Part shown: piece by piece, positions 16,686 through 25,030 of the stretch
How the letters are laid out: each line of letters starts with the position of its first letter
Position numbering within the stretch: position 1 is the stretch's first letter
NCBI GenBank assembly: GCA_005887995.1
Contig: VBJD01000034.1
Span: 1-56,479, forward strand
Length of the DNA stretch: 56,479 nt
Direction of reading: 5' to 3'
Origin: Chloroflexota bacterium
Lineage (GTDB): Bacteria; Chloroflexota; Limnocylindria; P2-11E
The notes under the pieces: generated by a model
The model's database searches: none
What the model was told of the DNA's origin: nothing
Seen by the model: only the letters and a program-made list of their open reading frames with translations
Translations under genes and position numbers: made by a program

Positions 16686-17879
16686 GTGAGCGTTCTTTCG
16701 CGCCTGTCTCGCCGATCGCTACTGAAGTACGGTTCGCTCTCGGGGCTCGGCGCATTCATCACCGCGTGCCTCGCGCAGAACGCACCGACGACCTCGCAGG
16801 CACCCGGCACCGGTGCCGCCGCGACGAGCAGCGGCGCATCGAGCGTCGCTCCCGCTGCCAACGCGATCACCTGGAAGATCCAGTCCGGCTGGGCCGGCAA
16901 CGACATCTTCCAAACGATGTTCCTCAACTGGAAAGCAAGCGTCGAGGAGATGTCGGGCGGCCGGATCAAGATCGACGCGCTGCCGGTGAACACGATCACG
17001 AACAACAACGGCATGCTCGACGCGGTCCATGCCGGGACGCTGGACGGCGCGCACGAGGTGCCAGCCTACGGGCCGTTCCAGAAGGACCACGCCGCGAGCC
17101 TCATCGGCACCGGTCCGATGATGGGCATGAGCGGCCAGATGTGGCTGTCGTGGTACTGGTACGGCGGTGGCCAGCAGCTCTACCAGGACCTCATCCAAAA
17201 GAAGCTCAAGCTCAACGTCGTCTCCTTCCTACACATGCCAATGCAGAACCAGCCCCTCGGGTGGTTCAAGGATGAGATCAAGTCACCTGACGACTTCAAG
17301 GGCATGAAGTTCCGGACCGTCGGTCTCGCGACCGGCATCTATCAATTCATGGGCGCGAGCGTCATCAATGTCGCCGGCGCGGATGTGGCGTCGTCGCTCG
17401 ATCGTGGCGTCATCGACGCCGCCGAGTTCAACAACACCACCTCGGACACCGCATACGGCCTCCCGGACGTGCGCAAGATCTGCATGACGCAGTCGTACCA
17501 CCAGCCGAGCGAGATCCTCGGTCTCGATCTGAATAAGACGAAGTTCGACTCGATGCCGAAAGACCTCCAGGCGATCATGAAGTGGTCGGTCATTGCCGCC
17601 TCTGCGGACGGCGAGTGGATACAGATGGCGAAGAACTCCGAGGACTACGCGAAGCTCGTCGCCCGTGGCATCAAGTTCATCAAGACGCCGCAATCAGTAC
17701 GCGATTCGCAACTCCAAGCCTGGGACAAGGTCATCGCCGACGAGTCGAAGGACAATCCGGAGTTCGTCGCGATCCTCAAGTCGCAGAAGGCCTGGGCCGA
17801 GCGGATCTTCCCCTGGGCGGACACGGTCAACATCCGCACGCCCGATCCGGTGTCGTTCGCCGCACGGCCGAAGGTGTAG
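16686..17879 (+). CDS. dctP: TRAP transporter substrate-binding protein (DctP family, Tat-type signal)
   Basis: It has an RRSLLKYGSLSGLGAFITAC signal and a DctP-like body (WKIQSGW..., KFRTVGL..., IDAAEF). Confidence 0.8.
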   Translation: MSVLSRLSRRSLLKYGSLSGLGAFITACLAQNAPTTSQAPGTGAAATSSGASSVAPAANAITWKIQSGWAGNDIFQTMFLNWKASVEEMSGGRIKIDALPVNTITNNNGMLDAVHAGTLDGAHEVPAYGPFQKDHAASLIGTGPMMGMSGQMWLSWYWYGGGQQLYQDLIQKKLKLNVVSFLHMPMQNQPLGWFKDEIKSPDDFKGMKFRTVGLATGIYQFMGASVINVAGADVASSLDRGVIDAAEFNNTTSDTAYGLPDVRKICMTQSYHQPSEILGLDLNKTKFDSMPKDLQAIMKWSVIAASADGEWIQMAKNSEDYAKLVARGIKFIKTPQSVRDSQLQAWDKVIADESKDNPEFVAILKSQKAWAERIFPWADTVNIRTPDPVSFAARPKV

Positions 17880-17913
17880 CCCGCGGACGACTTGCTTCTT
17901 GGAACCTATCGTG

Positions 17914-17942
17914 ACGGGGCCCTGGCGGATCCAGGGCCCCGT
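17914..17942 (+). promoter_or_regulatory. Intercistronic 12-bp perfect hairpin (ACGGGGCCCTGG-CGGAT-CCAGGGCCCCGT) between dctP and dctQ
   Basis: I read it directly from the sequence. It sits 35 nt after the dctP stop and 23 nt before the dctQ start. Confidence 0.6.
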
Positions 17943-17964
17943 CTGATGTCGTAGAGGGACCGAA

Positions 17965-18573
17965 GTGCAGCGACTCCTGTTCTCAATAGACCGATTCAGC
18001 GCCTGGTCGGGCAAGGCCGCTGCATGGCTCGTGCTCGCCAGCACGCTCCTCATTAGCTACGACGTCCTCATGCGCTACCTTTCGAAGCCGTTCGCCACAG
18101 GCTGGTTTGGCGAGCTCATCCGCAACATCTGGTTCACCTACAACTTCTCGTACGACATGTCCTACTACCTGTACGCGACCCTCTTCATGCTCGGCGGCGC
18201 CTACGCACTCTCGCGAGCGCAGCACGTGCGCGGCGACATCTTCTATCGGAGCTGGCCCGTGCGCGTACAGGGCGGCGTCGACTTCGCGCTAATGCTGCTG
18301 GCGTTCTATCCGGGCATCCTCGCGATGGTCTCGGTGGGCGCGCAGTGGGCCGGACTCTCCTGGTCCATCCACGAGCGCTCGCCTACAGGGGTGTCAGGGC
18401 CCCCGCTCTACCCACTGAAGACGGTCATTCCGCTAGCGGCCGGGCTCATGGCGGTCCAGGGCGTGGCGGAGACGATCCGCGCGTTCCAGGCGCTCCGCAC
18501 GGGCGTCTGGCCGCCCCGCCTCGCTGACGTCGAGGAGACCGAGACGATCCTCGCAAGGCAGAGCGAGGTCTAG
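17965..18573 (+). CDS. dctQ: TRAP transporter small permease (DctQ family)
   Basis: The ~200-aa four-helix membrane protein lies between the DctP and DctM genes. Confidence 0.75.
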   Translation: MQRLLFSIDRFSAWSGKAAAWLVLASTLLISYDVLMRYLSKPFATGWFGELIRNIWFTYNFSYDMSYYLYATLFMLGGAYALSRAQHVRGDIFYRSWPVRVQGGVDFALMLLAFYPGILAMVSVGAQWAGLSWSIHERSPTGVSGPPLYPLKTVIPLAAGLMAVQGVAETIRAFQALRTGVWPPRLADVEETETILARQSEV

Positions 18574-19932
18574 TTGAGCCCGGAATACCTCGGGCTGGCG
18601 ATGCTCGCGCTGATGGTCGCCGCGATCCTTGTCGGTTTCCCGACCGCATTCACGCTCATGTCCCTGGGCATCACGTTCGGCTACCTGGGTATGGGCTTCC
18701 TCGTCTTCGACCTCGCCGTGCAGCGCGTGTTCTTCGTGATGCAGAACGATGTGCTCGTGGCCATCCCGCTGTTCCTCTTCATGGGCTACATCATCGAGAG
18801 GGCCGGCATCCTCGACGAGCTGTTCCACGCCGTGAACGTCATGTTCGGCTGGCTGCCGGGCTCGCTCGCCGTGGCGACGCTCGCCACGGGAACCATCTTC
18901 GCGACCGCCACCGGCATCGTCGGCGCGTCGGTCACGCTCCTCGGCCTCCTTGCGTTCCCGGCGATGGTGCGCGCGGGCTACAACAAGCGCTTCGCCGCGG
19001 GGACCGTGACCGCGTCGGGCACGCTGGGCATCCTCATCCCGCCGAGCGTGCTGCTGATCCTTTATGGGTTCGTCGCCGGAGTCTCGGTCCCCCGCCTGTA
19101 CGCGGGAGCCTTCCTTCCCGGATTCATGCTCTCGTCGCTCTACCTCGGGTACATCGTGCTCTGGGCGAAGTTCCGGCCGCACGATGCCCCGAACCTCTCG
19201 AAGGAACAACAGGAGCACCTGACCGCGTCACAGACGCTGGTCCTTATCTTCCGTGGCTTCGTGCCGATCGTGACGCTCATCCTGTTCGTGCTCGGCGCGA
19301 TCTTCTTCGGCCTTGCGACCCCGTCCGAAGGAGCCGCGCTCGGCGCGCTCGGCGGCATCATCTTGGCCGCCGCACACAAGCGCCTCTCGTTTTCGATGCT
19401 CCGCGAGTCCGTGTTCCTGACGGTACGCACCGCCGCGATGGTCGGATGGCTGCTCGTCGGCTCGAGTATCTTCGCCGCGGTCTTCGCGCGCCTCGGCGGC
19501 GCGCAGATCATCGGCGACTTCATCCTCGGCATGAAGCTCTCGCCCGAGGTGTTCTTCTGGGTCGTGCAGGGGATCATCTTCCTGTTGGGCTGGCCGCTGG
19601 AATGGACGGAGATCACGATCATCTTCATGCCGCTCTTCCTGCCACTGCTGGCCGAGTACCACCGCCAGTATCCGGACAGCATCGCCACCGATGCCTTCTA
19701 TTTCGGCATCATGGCCGCGCTCAACCAGCAGACGTCATTCCTCTCGCCGCCGGTCGCGATGTCGGCGTACTACCTACGCGGCGTCGCGTCGAAGCTAGTC
19801 ACGCTCAATGAGATCTTCCAGGGCATGTACCCGTTCCTCGCGATACAGCTCGTGTCGATGGCCGTGCTTTGGCTTGTCCCGTGGCTGGCGTATGGCCCCG
19901 CCGTCGCGATATTCGGAGAGAGCTTCCGCTAG
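18574..19932 (+). CDS. dctM: TRAP transporter large permease (DctM family)
   Basis: The 452-aa polytopic protein has a TTG start adjacent to the dctQ stop and a typical DctM hydrophobic profile. Confidence 0.8.
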   Translation: MSPEYLGLAMLALMVAAILVGFPTAFTLMSLGITFGYLGMGFLVFDLAVQRVFFVMQNDVLVAIPLFLFMGYIIERAGILDELFHAVNVMFGWLPGSLAVATLATGTIFATATGIVGASVTLLGLLAFPAMVRAGYNKRFAAGTVTASGTLGILIPPSVLLILYGFVAGVSVPRLYAGAFLPGFMLSSLYLGYIVLWAKFRPHDAPNLSKEQQEHLTASQTLVLIFRGFVPIVTLILFVLGAIFFGLATPSEGAALGALGGIILAAAHKRLSFSMLRESVFLTVRTAAMVGWLLVGSSIFAAVFARLGGAQIIGDFILGMKLSPEVFFWVVQGIIFLLGWPLEWTEITIIFMPLFLPLLAEYHRQYPDSIATDAFYFGIMAALNQQTSFLSPPVAMSAYYLRGVASKLVTLNEIFQGMYPFLAIQLVSMAVLWLVPWLAYGPAVAIFGESFR

Positions 19933-20396
19933 CGCCGCACATCGGCGAACATCTCCTCGAGGAACGCTCGCAGATCCTTTCGCTGACTCTGCGCTCCACC
20001 TACGAAGATCCCGGCTATGACGAGCGCTCCCACGACCGACACCGCGACCTCTTCCACCGATACCGTGGGGTCCGGTTGCCGCGTCGCGATGCCCGCCGCG
20101 ACAAGGGCATACAGGACGTAGAACACGGACACCAGGACGCGCGTACGAGCCGGCGTGATGAACGACACTTCCAGGCGGGAGCCGCGCTGGGCCGCCTCGA
20201 CGCGGCCACGCGCGTGGATGGCCCGCTTCTGACGTTCCCAGATCTCGAACTCACGGGGTCCGACGACGCCCACGTATTCGTTCGTCGTCTTCAGCACGCC
20301 GAATGCGCGCTTGCCGCGGCGGTTGATGCGCGCGGAGATGCGGTCGAGCGCGCCCTGCGGCGCGATGGCGATGTCGGATGACCAGTTGGTCGTCAT
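19929..20396 (-). CDS. Hypothetical protein with two C-terminal TM helices
   Basis: I trimmed the track ORF 19929-20492 to ATG 20396 (MTTNWSSD...), because the upstream part overlaps tRNA-Pro. Confidence 0.45.
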   Translation of the reverse strand: MTTNWSSDIAIAPQGALDRISARINRRGKRAFGVLKTTNEYVGVVGPREFEIWERQKRAIHARGRVEAAQRGSRLEVSFITPARTRVLVSVFYVLYALVAAGIATRQPDPTVSVEEVAVSVVGALVIAGIFVGGAQSQRKDLRAFLEEMFADVRR

Positions 20397-20423
20397 CGGG
20401 GCCGTATAGTGGTCATCACCGCA

Positions 20424-20497
20424 CGGGGTGTAGCGCAGCTTGGTAGCGCGTTGCGTTCGGGACGCAAAGGCCGGCGGTTCAAGTCCGCCCACCCCGA
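20424..20497 (+). tRNA. tRNA-Pro (anticodon CGG)
   Basis: It folds as CGGGGTG-TA-GCGC..GCGC-G-TTGCG-TTCGGGA-CGCAA-AGGCC-GGCGG-TTCAAGT-CCGCC-CACCCCG-A, 74 nt. The acceptor stem is identical to that of the Pro-GGG gene. Confidence 0.9.
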
Positions 20498-20569
20498 CAA
20501 GGACAGAAGGCAGGAGCTGTTCCTGTCATGACAGAACATCCGTTCTAGCATTCTCTACCGAGATGGCTG

Positions 20570-20854
20570 ATGGACGCGGCGGTCTCCATGCGTCGATGTT
20601 CGCGCTGTGGCGTGACGAAGCGCCTCAGTGCAGCTCACCGTCGCGGCGACCAGAGATCTCGTCGCTCGCGGCGCCGCCGGCGCAGTGACGTTCTTGTCGC
20701 CCGCATGCGTGAGGTCAAGTCGGCTCCGCGTATGGACTGCGGTGGGAGCTTCCATAGATTTGGCGTCCCTGATCTCGTCTGTGTGAACTGTCACGCCGTT
20801 CGGACGTTTCAGAGACGAGAAGAGGCTCCGTATTTGTCTGCCACAGCGATCTGA
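20570..20854 (+). CDS. Small Cys-rich HNH-endonuclease-like protein, possibly a truncated remnant
   Basis: It reads RRCSRCGVTKRLSAAHRRG...DCGGSFHRF...LVCVNCHAVRT, which resembles the CxxC...CxxCH zinc-finger/HNH pattern. It lies in a lower-GC 400-nt gap next to the tRNA. Confidence 0.3.
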   Translation: MDAAVSMRRCSRCGVTKRLSAAHRRGDQRSRRSRRRRRSDVLVARMREVKSAPRMDCGGSFHRFGVPDLVCVNCHAVRTFQRREEAPYLSATAI

Positions 20855-20894
20855 GCTCGCGTAGGACACTCGACCACTGCACTAGGTTGTCGTC

Positions 20895-22205
20895 GTGACC
20901 CTGCTGCTCTGCGCCGCGCTGCCGCTCATCGCGGCGGCGATCATCGCGCTCGCCGGGGACCGCGTCGGTCGGCGCGGCGGCGTCGCCATCTCGTCCGCGG
21001 CACTCGTCCTCGCGTTCGGTGCATCGGTCGCGATCGGCCAGGCCTTCGCCGCCGGCAAGAGCTCGCTCGTGGCTGAGCTCGGACCATGGTTGCCGCTGCG
21101 CGGTGGTGACATCGCGCTCGTGGTCGTGCCGACGACGCTGCCCGTGTTGATCGCGATGACTCTCGTGAGCGCGGCCATCGCGGTCGCGTCGTGGCGCGTC
21201 CGACAAACCCGTGCCTATCAGCTCGCGATCCTGCTCGGGACCGCGGCGCTCGTCCTCGTCGCCACCGCGGGCAACCTCGCGCTCTTCACCGCTGCCTTCG
21301 GCCTCCTTGGCGCCGCGACGTACATCGCGCTCTCGCACGACCGCGAGCGTGCGGCCGCGGCGGCGAGTGCCGAGCGCGCACTCGTCGTCGATCGGTTGGG
21401 CGACGGCGCGCTGCTTCTCGCGACGCTCGGCTATCTCGCGCTCTTCCGCACGCTGGATCTCGCCGAGATCGAGACGCGAGTGGTCGCAACACGTGTCGCC
21501 GACATCACGTTCATCGGCCCCAGCGTGTTCCTCTGCGCGGGGATCCTCGCGAAATCTGCGCAGCTGCCGTTCCAGGCGCGGGCGATGGCGCTGCGCGAGG
21601 CGCCGCTCGGTCTCGCGACGTTCGGCGCGCTGGCGTTCGCGGCGAACGCCGTCGCGCTCACGCGCGTGTCGTTTCTCGTGCATCCGGGCGTGCTCGCTGC
21701 CGCCGCGGCGCTCGGTACGCTCTCCGCGCTCCTGGCGGTCGTGCTCGCGGCCACGCGCGCCGACGGCCGCGCGGCGCTCGCGTGGATCGCGATCGCACCG
21801 GCCGGCATCGAGATCGTCACTATCGGCGCTGGCGCGAGCGAGATGGCGCTCACGATCTTCGTGGTCACGGCGATCGCGCTCACCTCGCTCACCGCGATCG
21901 CGGCGATCGGGCGTCCGCACCTTCGCTGGCGCGGTGCTGGTCCGGCGCGTGCGCGGCGCGCGCTCGCAGACGGGTTCGGATTCCTCGCGGTCTTCGTCGC
22001 GGTCGCGCGCGGCTATGGCGCGATCGCCAAGGCGCTCGAAGACGGGACCGACGCCTCGCTCGATCGCCTTCTCGGGTGGGTCGCCGCGGCGACGCTGCGT
22101 GCCGGACGGATCGTCGCGCACGCCGAGGCCGGGCCGGCGTGGCGCGTCGAGGCCATCGGAGTGGCGGCGCTTATCGCATTCGTCGCGTACTGGGGACTGC
22201 GGTGA
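20895..22205 (+). CDS. NuoL/MrpA-like antiporter-type membrane subunit, short (436 aa) and degenerate
   Basis: RLGDGALLLATLG and ILAKSAQLPFQ resemble the NuoL motifs (R)VGD.GLL.G and GKSAQ.PLH.WLPDAM.GPTP. The His and the WLPDA...PTP residues are replaced, and the C-terminal lateral-helix region is absent. Confidence 0.6.
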   Translation: MTLLLCAALPLIAAAIIALAGDRVGRRGGVAISSAALVLAFGASVAIGQAFAAGKSSLVAELGPWLPLRGGDIALVVVPTTLPVLIAMTLVSAAIAVASWRVRQTRAYQLAILLGTAALVLVATAGNLALFTAAFGLLGAATYIALSHDRERAAAAASAERALVVDRLGDGALLLATLGYLALFRTLDLAEIETRVVATRVADITFIGPSVFLCAGILAKSAQLPFQARAMALREAPLGLATFGALAFAANAVALTRVSFLVHPGVLAAAAALGTLSALLAVVLAATRADGRAALAWIAIAPAGIEIVTIGAGASEMALTIFVVTAIALTSLTAIAAIGRPHLRWRGAGPARARRALADGFGFLAVFVAVARGYGAIAKALEDGTDASLDRLLGWVAAATLRAGRIVAHAEAGPAWRVEAIGVAALIAFVAYWGLR

Positions 22206-23611
22206 TCGCGACCGCGGTCATCGCCCTTCCGCTCGCGCTCGCCGTCGTGTCGCTCCTCCCGCCGCTTGCCCGGCGCACGCGGCCCCTTACGGTCGTCGCG
22301 GGGCTCGCGGTCGCCGTGCTCGGGTTCACCGGTCCGATGCTCCCCGTGCGCGCCAGCGTCCACGCGCCGTGGGCGCCGATCCTCGGTCTCAGCTACGCGG
22401 TCGAACTCGACGCGTTCGCGGCGATCTTCGTCGCAGCCACGGGTCTCGTGTTCGCCGCGGTCGTCGCGTCCAGCGATCGCATCGGGCACGCGCGCGCGTA
22501 TCACGCGCTGTTGTCCGTACTGCTCGCCGCGCTGGTCGGCGCTTTCGTGGCGCGCGATCTCGCGCTCTTCCTGCTGTTCTGGGAGCTCGCGCTCGCGATC
22601 GCTGCGCTCCTCATATCGCAGTGGGGTGGCGTCGGTCGGTCCGACGCCGCGGTTCGGGTGCTCGTCACCGCGCTCGTCGGCAGCGCGCTCTACATCGTCG
22701 TGATCGTGTCGCTCGCGGTCGCCCGGGGGTCGCTCGACAGTGACGTGCTCCGCGCACGCCCGCTTCCCGCGTCGGCGCAGCTTCTTCCCGCGGTGCTCCT
22801 CTGCGCCGCGTTCCTCGTCACGCTGCCGGTGCTGCCGTTCCAGTCGTGGCTCATCCGCGCCTTTGTCGCTGGGCCGCGCGAGGTCGCGCTGCTGCTCGGT
22901 GCGGGCCTTTCGAGCGTCGCGCTGTACGCCGTCATGCGGCTCTGTGTCGGACTGTTCCCGCAGGGCATGAGCGTGGCCGCTCCGGCGTTCGTCGCGCTCG
23001 CCGCTGTGGGGACGCTCTACGGCGCGGTCATCGCCTCACGGCAGGACGATCTGCGCCGGCTGGCGGCGTTCGTCGCGTTCTCGACCATCAACCTCGCGGC
23101 CGTGGGCGCTTTTTCGGGCACAGAGGTCGGCCTGCGCGGCGCGACCCTCGCCGCGATCTCGCGCGAGATCCTGCTCACCGCGCTGGTCGTCGCGATCGCG
23201 TGTGTCGCTCGACGGAGCGGCGCGGCGTCGCTCGCTCGCGCCGGCGGTCTTGCGACGTCGAGTCCCCGCCTCGCGACGCTCACCACGGTCACCGTGCTCG
23301 CGCTCGTCGGCATACCAGGCAGCAGCGCGTTCGCAGCGGACTACCTCGTCCTCGCCGGCGCATACGAGCGTTTCCCGACCGCGGCCGCCGTCGTGGCGAT
23401 CGTGATCATCGCATCGGCGATCTGGGCCGCGCGAACGTTGCGCCGAGCGTTCCACGGTCCGCCGCTCGCGCACGCAGGCGACCTGCGGTGGCGCGAGACC
23501 GCGATCATCCTGCCGCTTCTCCTCCTGAGCCTCGCGATCGGCGTGGTACCGCGCTCGATCACCGATCGCGTGCCCGCGGACGTCCTGCCCGCGCTCGAGG
23601 CGCCGCGATGA
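22202..23611 (+). CDS. NuoM-like antiporter-type membrane subunit, degenerate
   Basis: Its GTGA start overlaps the previous stop. LFLLFWELALA retains the TM5 Glu. The TM7 region VTLPVLPFQSWLIRAFVAGPRE replaces the canonical K.P..P.H.WLPDAH.EAPT. Confidence 0.6.
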   Translation: MIATAVIALPLALAVVSLLPPLARRTRPLTVVAGLAVAVLGFTGPMLPVRASVHAPWAPILGLSYAVELDAFAAIFVAATGLVFAAVVASSDRIGHARAYHALLSVLLAALVGAFVARDLALFLLFWELALAIAALLISQWGGVGRSDAAVRVLVTALVGSALYIVVIVSLAVARGSLDSDVLRARPLPASAQLLPAVLLCAAFLVTLPVLPFQSWLIRAFVAGPREVALLLGAGLSSVALYAVMRLCVGLFPQGMSVAAPAFVALAAVGTLYGAVIASRQDDLRRLAAFVAFSTINLAAVGAFSGTEVGLRGATLAAISREILLTALVVAIACVARRSGAASLARAGGLATSSPRLATLTTVTVLALVGIPGSSAFAADYLVLAGAYERFPTAAAVVAIVIIASAIWAARTLRRAFHGPPLAHAGDLRWRETAIILPLLLLSLAIGVVPRSITDRVPADVLPALEAPR

Positions 23612-24915
23612 GTGGCGCCGACATACCACTGCTCGTCCCGGAGATCGTGCTGCTCGCCGGAGCCGCGGTCGTCACTGCGATCGATCGAATCTGGCGCACG
23701 GACGCGTTCGTCGCGCCGCTCATCGGCGTCGCGAGCGCTCTCGCCGCGGCGGCGGCCGCCAGCGTCGCCGGTATCGGCCATGACCTCTTCGGGGGCGCAG
23801 TCCGCCGAGACAGCGCGACGCTCTTTTTCAGCGTGCTCACTGCGACGTCGACGGCAGCGGCGTTGGCGATCGGCGTCCGTCAGGTCGCGCCACGCACCGT
23901 CGCGCTGCTCCTTGTCTCGTGCTCGGGCGCCATCGTCATCGTCGCGAGCGGGGATCTTGGTGTCCTTGCGCTCGGCGTCACGGTCATGGTGCTGCCTCTC
24001 GCGCTTCTCGAGTCGCGCGGCCGTCTCATCACGCTGGGCGCGGCGGGCCTGGTCGTCGTCGGCGCCATCGATCTCGCGCTGGCGACGGGTTCGTCGTCGC
24101 TGTCTGCGCTCGACGTAGTGGCGACACCCCTCGGATCCGCCGGCCTTGCACTCCTGCTCGCGGGCCTCGTGATGATCGCCGGCGTCGTGTCGCCGCGATC
24201 CCATGCACCGGTCGACACGGGAACGTCTGACGCGTACGTCGCCGTCGTCGTGCGGATCGCGGGGCTCGGCGCGCTCATGCGTGTCGGCGCGGCGCTCGCA
24301 TCGTCCGCGGTGATCGATTGGCGCGCCAGCATCGCGGTCATCGCCGCCGTCAGCGTGATCGTCGCGAGCCTCGTCGCGCTCGGCCAGACCAGCCCGCGCC
24401 GCATCCTCGCGTATGCATCGATGGCGCAGGCGGGTTACGCGGCGGTCGCGCTCACCGCCGGCTTCGCATCGGGCCCTACGGCGGCGTTCTTTCTCGCCGC
24501 GTTCGCGTTGATGACCGTCGGTGCGCTTGCGCTGATCGGGCGCCTGCCGTCAGGCGCGAAGATCGGCGACCTGCGTGGCCTCGCGCGGCAGCGTCCGCTG
24601 TTCGTGGTGGCGCTCGGGACGTTGCTGCTTGCGCTCGCGGGACTGCCGCCCTCGATCGGATTCGTCGCGAAGCTCTACGTCCTCGAGCTCGCCGTAGGCG
24701 CTCAGCTCGCGTGGCTCGCGCTCATCGCCGCGCTCGCGAGCGTGCTCTCCGCCGTGGCGTACCTGCGGATCCTGTTCGCATGTCTCGGCGAAGGAGACGG
24801 CGTGCTGCCGCGAGGCCGGGTCTATGCCATCGGGCCGGCCGCAGCGGTCGTTGTAGTGCTCGGAGGCCTCGTTCCCGGACCGCTGCTCGGTATCGTGCAG
24901 AACGTGCGTTTCTAG
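23608..24915 (+). CDS. NuoN-like antiporter-type membrane subunit, degenerate
   Basis: Its ATGA start overlaps the previous stop. It has the 14-TM-like profile, YASMAQAGY, and GLPPSIGFVAKLYVL (NuoN-like). The central PFH.W.PDVY.GAPT motif is eroded. Confidence 0.6.
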   Translation: MSGADIPLLVPEIVLLAGAAVVTAIDRIWRTDAFVAPLIGVASALAAAAAASVAGIGHDLFGGAVRRDSATLFFSVLTATSTAAALAIGVRQVAPRTVALLLVSCSGAIVIVASGDLGVLALGVTVMVLPLALLESRGRLITLGAAGLVVVGAIDLALATGSSSLSALDVVATPLGSAGLALLLAGLVMIAGVVSPRSHAPVDTGTSDAYVAVVVRIAGLGALMRVGAALASSAVIDWRASIAVIAAVSVIVASLVALGQTSPRRILAYASMAQAGYAAVALTAGFASGPTAAFFLAAFALMTVGALALIGRLPSGAKIGDLRGLARQRPLFVVALGTLLLALAGLPPSIGFVAKLYVLELAVGAQLAWLALIAALASVLSAVAYLRILFACLGEGDGVLPRGRVYAIGPAAAVVVVLGGLVPGPLLGIVQNVRF

Positions 24916-24922
24916 GTTCGAG

Positions 24923-24995
24923 AGGGGCTGGCCGGAATCGAACCGGCGACACGAGCCTTAGGACGGCCCTGCTCTATCCGCTGAGCTACAGCCCC
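24923..24995 (-). tRNA. tRNA-Arg (anticodon CCU)
   Basis: The minus strand folds as GGGGCTG-TA-GCTC..GAGC-A-GGGCC-GTCCTAA-GGCTC-GTGTC-GCCGG-TTCGATT-CCGGC-CAGCCCC-T, 73 nt. Confidence 0.85.
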
Positions 24996-25030
24996 CGCGC
25001 TACTCAATTATCCGTCGACGGCTGCCACTC

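Noticed and set aside
20715-22121. The 468-aa minus-strand ORF, and similar very long antisense or off-frame ORFs (10132-11922, 18433-19218, 29098-30627, 30634-32403, 46129-47406, 21211-22743, 54369-55316).
   Set aside because: Their translations are low-complexity Arg/Asp/Glu/Gly/Pro strings with no motifs. Each is fully overlapped by an ORF with clear family signatures. Long stop-free alternative frames are expected at this GC content.
21191-22201. The first 337 codons of the 806-aa track ORF 21191-23611.
   Set aside because: This part is an Arg-rich off-frame read-through of the NuoL-like gene. The membrane-protein sequence begins at GTG 22202, which overlaps the upstream stop (GTGA).
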